64,000 bases of DNA, taken from assembly GCA_000002445.1 (NCBI GenBank), contig CH464491.1, forward strand, positions 1,440,001-1,504,000. Reading direction: 5' to 3'. Made by a program: the position numbers and the translations under genes. The notes beneath the pieces were generated by a model. The model had not been told where the DNA came from. It did no database searches and was given only the letters and a program-made list of their open reading frames with translations. Below, piece by piece: positions 60,257 to 64,000 of this stretch (position 1 is its first letter; the number at the start of each line of letters is the position of its first letter). The stretch is from Trypanosoma brucei. Taxonomy: Eukaryota.

Positions 60257-61708
60257 ATGAAGTGGCGCGTGAAGATATTTGCTGCACTCGGTGGGTTTCT
60301 TTTTGGATACGACACCAGTGTAATAAATGGCGCTCTCTTTCAAATGAAGGAACATTTCGATTTTCCAGCACATTCATGGATATCCGGCCTCATTGTCAGC
60401 ATTGCCATAGCGGGGGCGTTCGTTGGCGCATTTGCATCCGGCTTCATTTCAGTACGGTGGGGTCGACGGTCGTGCATCGCCTTGGCTGATATATTCTTCA
60501 CTTTGGGCTCTATCATGATGGCTTTTGCTCCTAATGTGGAGGTGATATTTGTCGGACGCGCCATTGTGGGTTTAGGCATTGGTATATGCTCTGCAACAAT
60601 TCCAGTGTACTTGGCAGAAATTACGTCAGCCGGTAACCGTGGGTCTAGCATTGTGTTTAACAATGTATGTCTCACTGGGGCGCAATTCATTGCTTCAGTT
60701 GTAACCGCGCTGCTTGTGCAGTTCACCGGGACAAATTTTGGCTGGCGTGTAGCTCTTGGTTTGGGCGCCGTTCCGTCGGTAATACAGTTTGTCGGTTTGA
60801 TATTCTTTCTCCCAGAAAGTCCGCGGTGGTACCTTGCTACTGGCAGAGTTGAGAAGGCACTGAAAACATCTGAGATGTATGATATTGATATTGTCGATTG
60901 TGCGGAAGGAGGGGGACTCGTTATTGATTATCGTGCCCTCTTTTCAACGGTGATGCGGCGACGACTACTAATTGGTTGCATGCTCCACATATTGCAGCAA
61001 ACCTCAGGCATTAATACAATTATGTATTATAGTTCTGTGATACTGTATGACGCAGGTTTTAAAGATCCTAAAACACCAGTATTGTTGTCGATTCCGCTCG
61101 CTGCAATCAACACACTCTTCTCACTCTTCGGTGTCTTTACTGTTGATCGCTGGGGTCGTCGTCTGCTACTTCAGATTAGCGCATGCGGTTGTTTCGTCGT
61201 TACGGTTGGTATGACAGTTGTTGGTTTTATGCTTGACAAACAAATTCCATACGAAATCGGTGGTTGGATATTTCTTTCTCTACTTGGTTTCTACCTTGTG
61301 TTCTTTGCACCTGGTCTCGGTGCTATGCCATGGGTTGTCATGGGGGAAATATTTCCCAACACGCTTCGTACATCTGCGGCTTCTGTTGCAACAATGTGCA
61401 ATTGGGGTTCGAATGCTCTTGTTTCACAGGTGTTCCCAATTGTTTTGGGAAGCATAGGAGTTGGTGGAACCTTTAGTTTGCTATGTGCATGTATCATTGC
61501 CGCGGTATTATTCATACAATTCTTTGTGGTGGAAACAAAGGGGCTCACACTGGAGGAAATTGAGGAAATGTTCGACCCGAGAGCGCGCCACAGGGGGAGC
61601 GACGGTTCCCAATGCAGTGAAAGTTGTAGCAAAACGGAAAGAGAAAATGAAGGAGAGGGAACGGATCATGGATTGAACCAAGCGGAAACCGCCCGTGCGC
61701 CCATTTAG
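60257..61708 (+). CDS. Major facilitator superfamily sugar porter of the myo-inositol/H+ symporter (HMIT/ITR) type.
   Basis: Twelve predicted transmembrane helices. Sugar-porter signatures GRRSCIALADIFF...GRAIVGLGIGICSATIPVYLAEI...NRG (the GRR and PESPR motifs: FLPESPRWY). PETKG (VVETKGLTLEEIEEMF). The alignment pattern is close to human SLC2A13/HMIT and to plant and yeast inositol transporters. Confidence 0.85.
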   Translation: MKWRVKIFAALGGFLFGYDTSVINGALFQMKEHFDFPAHSWISGLIVSIAIAGAFVGAFASGFISVRWGRRSCIALADIFFTLGSIMMAFAPNVEVIFVGRAIVGLGIGICSATIPVYLAEITSAGNRGSSIVFNNVCLTGAQFIASVVTALLVQFTGTNFGWRVALGLGAVPSVIQFVGLIFFLPESPRWYLATGRVEKALKTSEMYDIDIVDCAEGGGLVIDYRALFSTVMRRRLLIGCMLHILQQTSGINTIMYYSSVILYDAGFKDPKTPVLLSIPLAAINTLFSLFGVFTVDRWGRRLLLQISACGCFVVTVGMTVVGFMLDKQIPYEIGGWIFLSLLGFYLVFFAPGLGAMPWVVMGEIFPNTLRTSAASVATMCNWGSNALVSQVFPIVLGSIGVGGTFSLLCACIIAAVLFIQFFVVETKGLTLEEIEEMFDPRARHRGSDGSQCSESCSKTERENEGEGTDHGLNQAETARAPI

Positions 61709-62306
61709 ATGGTTTTCGTTATTTTTATTTTTGGTTATGATGTTTTTCTTTTCTTTTTTTAAAGATGAAGGAATGGAAAAAAAAAATAATTATAAACAAG
61801 CTTTCGGTAAACTGGTGGACACGCGCACACACGCACGGTTTTGCAAATGTAGTGCAAATGTATCCGACCGTTAACGGAACTGGTTGGTTTAATATCACCA
61901 CTGCCTTTTGTCGGGCATCATCTCGCACTTGTGGTCGCTTCGTGGAATACTCGAAAGATGCGAATAAAAGTTGGTTTGTGCCCGGTTGTTCCCGAAGCTA
62001 CATTCAACATTGTTCTATCGTTATGGTTAGTGGTTTTGTTTTGTTTTTTTCTTTTTTTTTTCTTTGTTCATACTTTTCCATGTAAGTGCTGTTGTTATTT
62101 GAGGCGCCGCTTGGCGGATGTCTGTAATTTGTTGTTGAGTGCTGAAATTACATTGGATGAGACAGAGCCGTGTAGTGCCGCAATAATTCGTGAAGGTTAA
62201 GTTGAGTTGAGTTGGGTGAAATGAATTAAAAGACAATAAATGTCGTGACCGAAGTGGAACGGGGGAGTGTAACTGAGGCGTTTTAATTGAGTTTTTTTTG
62301 TTTATT

Positions 62307-62325
62307 TGTGTGTGTGTGTGTGTGT
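62307..62325. repeat. (TG)9 microsatellite.
   Basis: tgtgtgtgtgtgtgtgtgt in the 3' region after the transporter gene. Confidence 0.9.
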
Positions 62326-62813
62326 TTTTGAGGGAAGAACTTATTGAGGGGATGGGGGAGGAAGTGGATTATCATCGGTTGGGGTTTACTGGTAAAAAGC
62401 ATGTCGCTTAGAAGGAGTATGGTTTTCCTCATCTTTTTTGTTTCTTTTTGTCAGTGTTTTTTCCCCCCTTCATTTTCATTTTTTTTCTTTTTTCATTCAG
62501 CCATTTTGGCATTGTTGTTGTCATAAGAACGCATTACCCCTCTGTAAGTTCGCTTACTTCCTAATGTTATACCCACCACTAGACAGTTGTATGCTCCAAC
62601 ACAACATGAAAGAAAAAGAGAAAAAAAAAAGAAACAACGCACAAATACACGCGCAAACACAAACACATACTTCTACATATACAACTGCATCTTTGCGCGT
62701 GGAATTAAAATTTCAGGTTTTCTCAACACGCGCAACGCCGTACTTTCCACACGAGTGGTTAATGTAATTACATTGCATTAACTGCTTTGATGTTGCTTCT
62801 GCCCGTTTATCTT

Positions 62814-62840
62814 TATATATATATATATATATATATATAT
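62814..62840. repeat. (TA)13 microsatellite.
   Basis: A pure tatata... run of 27 nt in the intergenic/3'UTR region after the transporter gene. Confidence 0.95.
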
Positions 62841-63850
62841 CTTTTCATTTATTTGTTTTGCCATGTTTCTTCTTTTTTTTTTCTTATTTTACCACACATC
62901 ACTATTTTGATATTGAATTGGGCCCTGCTTTTCTTCTTCTTCTTTAATGGACATGACGGAGTTAAAGCAACTGAGGGTCAAAAATATTTATGGGAAAGAA
63001 GGACAATAGAGAGAAAGAAAAAAGAAAGGGATAAAGAGGAAGAGAAAAGGAACGTGGTTTTCGTATGTTGAAGGAATTATGTGGGACGAAAAACGGTTCA
63101 GATGATGTTGAGTGTGAGTGTGTGTGCAACTAATAAAGCAAGAAAGTGGTAAGGGTTGCTGAAGCATTTATGTTTTATATTACTTATTTATTTATTTCTT
63201 CTTTTTTTTCTTCTTTATTTGAATAGCATGCGGTTCGTTTTTTTTTCTTTTTTGTGTGTATGTGTGACTTTAGGAGGTACGTCTCACCAGTCGCTTTCCC
63301 ATCCGTCACTCGTTCCATATGAGTTCACTCACAAGGTTTTTTTTTGCGTTTGTGACATATCGTTTCAGCTTTTTCTTTTCTTTTCTTTTCTTTTTTCGTT
63401 TCTGCGGGTTAACACTTTCGTTGATAGTGTCCTTTCATCAAAGCCAGTTGTTGCCCAAGGGCGTCAGGAACATAATAAGCAAAAAAAATAAAAATAAAAT
63501 AAAATTGGAAAACGACGAACGAAAAAAATGAACGCTGACACTTGAAGCAAACCCCATAACTGTCAAAAGTACAAAAGCAGTAATCGGGCACTGCTATATA
63601 TTTCTTCTTTTATTTTACATTTTTCTTTTTTTTTTTTGTAGGACATATTCGAAAACTAAATACACATATCACTACTCCCCGCTGCTCCCGCTTCTCCATA
63701 CACTTGCGCTTGCCGAAGGCGGCAATAGGGAAAAGGATAATCACTGATTGGGGTAAGGGATAAATATCATTAACAATATCGGAGTCTCTGGGAAATAACA
63801 ATACCGCTTTGACATATCCCTTTGCGTTCAGTAAAACCTTCCAGGAACTA

Positions 63851-64000
63851 ATGGACCGTATTCCATATTTGGTTTCATCTGGTGGGATGCAAATTCCTCA
63901 TATGGGTATTGGCACCTATGAGTTACGTGGTAAGGAGTGCGAAGAGGCAGTTTTATCAGCATTAAAACTTGGGTTCCGTCTAATCGACACAGCTGCTGGA
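63851..64000 (+). CDS. Aldo-keto reductase family protein (first 50 codons only; continues beyond the window).
   Basis: MDRIPYLVSSGGMQIPHMGIGTYELRGKECEEAVLSALKLGFRLIDTAAG matches the conserved AKR N-terminus (MP-x-G-x-GT-x ... A-x-x-AL-x-GYR-x-IDTA). A pyrimidine tract lies upstream. Confidence 0.6.
   Translation, partial: MDRIPYLVSSGGMQIPHMGIGTYELRGKECEEAVLSALKLGFRLIDTAAG

Noticed and set aside
1-64000. Prokaryotic-style systems: CRISPR arrays, restriction-modification, toxin-antitoxin and other defence islands, integrases and transposases.
   Set aside because: No regularly spaced direct repeats, no bidirectional small-gene cassettes and no Shine-Dalgarno-spaced operons. The gene content and signal architecture are eukaryotic and kinetoplastid-like throughout.

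Overview
This window looks like nuclear DNA from a kinetoplastid, most likely a Trypanosoma (African-trypanosome-like base composition and codon use). All 24 convincing protein-coding ORFs lie on the + strand, with no strand switch in 64 kb. They are separated by 0.3-2.2 kb gaps that carry polypyrimidine tracts followed by an AG and a purine-rich stretch just upstream of each ATG, which is the usual trans-splicing/polyadenylation layout of a single polycistronic transcription unit. Neighbouring genes are functionally unrelated, so the window is not an operon.

Genes recognised with confidence:
- a UCH37/UCHL5-type deubiquitinase
- an E1-like ThiF-family TcdA/Tcd1 enzyme (tRNA t6A cyclodehydratase)
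- a roughly 1500-aa leucine-rich-repeat protein
- an ER-type DnaJ protein with a thioredoxin-like domain
- a SMARCAL1/ZRANB3-like SNF2 annealing helicase
- a USP (C19) deubiquitinase
- the nuclear-encoded mitochondrial ATP synthase subunit c
- a mitochondrial carrier protein
- a kinesin-13
- a PPPDE/DeSI peptidase
- a protein kinase
- an MFS sugar porter of the myo-inositol/H+ symporter (HMIT) type
- the first 50 codons of an aldo-keto reductase at the window end

Lower-confidence domain calls:
- a doublecortin-like N-terminal domain
- an ENT/EMSY domain
- an MPP6-like exosome cofactor
- a METTL25-like methyltransferase
- a saposin/canopy-like secreted protein

I did not recognise any tRNA, rRNA, SL RNA, CRISPR array, prokaryotic defence system or retroposon. 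Simple-sequence features are several (TA)n and one (TG)n microsatellite, G homopolymers of 9-12 nt, and one canonical G-quadruplex motif on the minus strand just 3' of a stop codon.

Nothing here looks like a discrete undescribed system. The most interesting material is a set of lineage-specific or poorly characterised proteins and the long ORF-free UTR/intergenic stretches.
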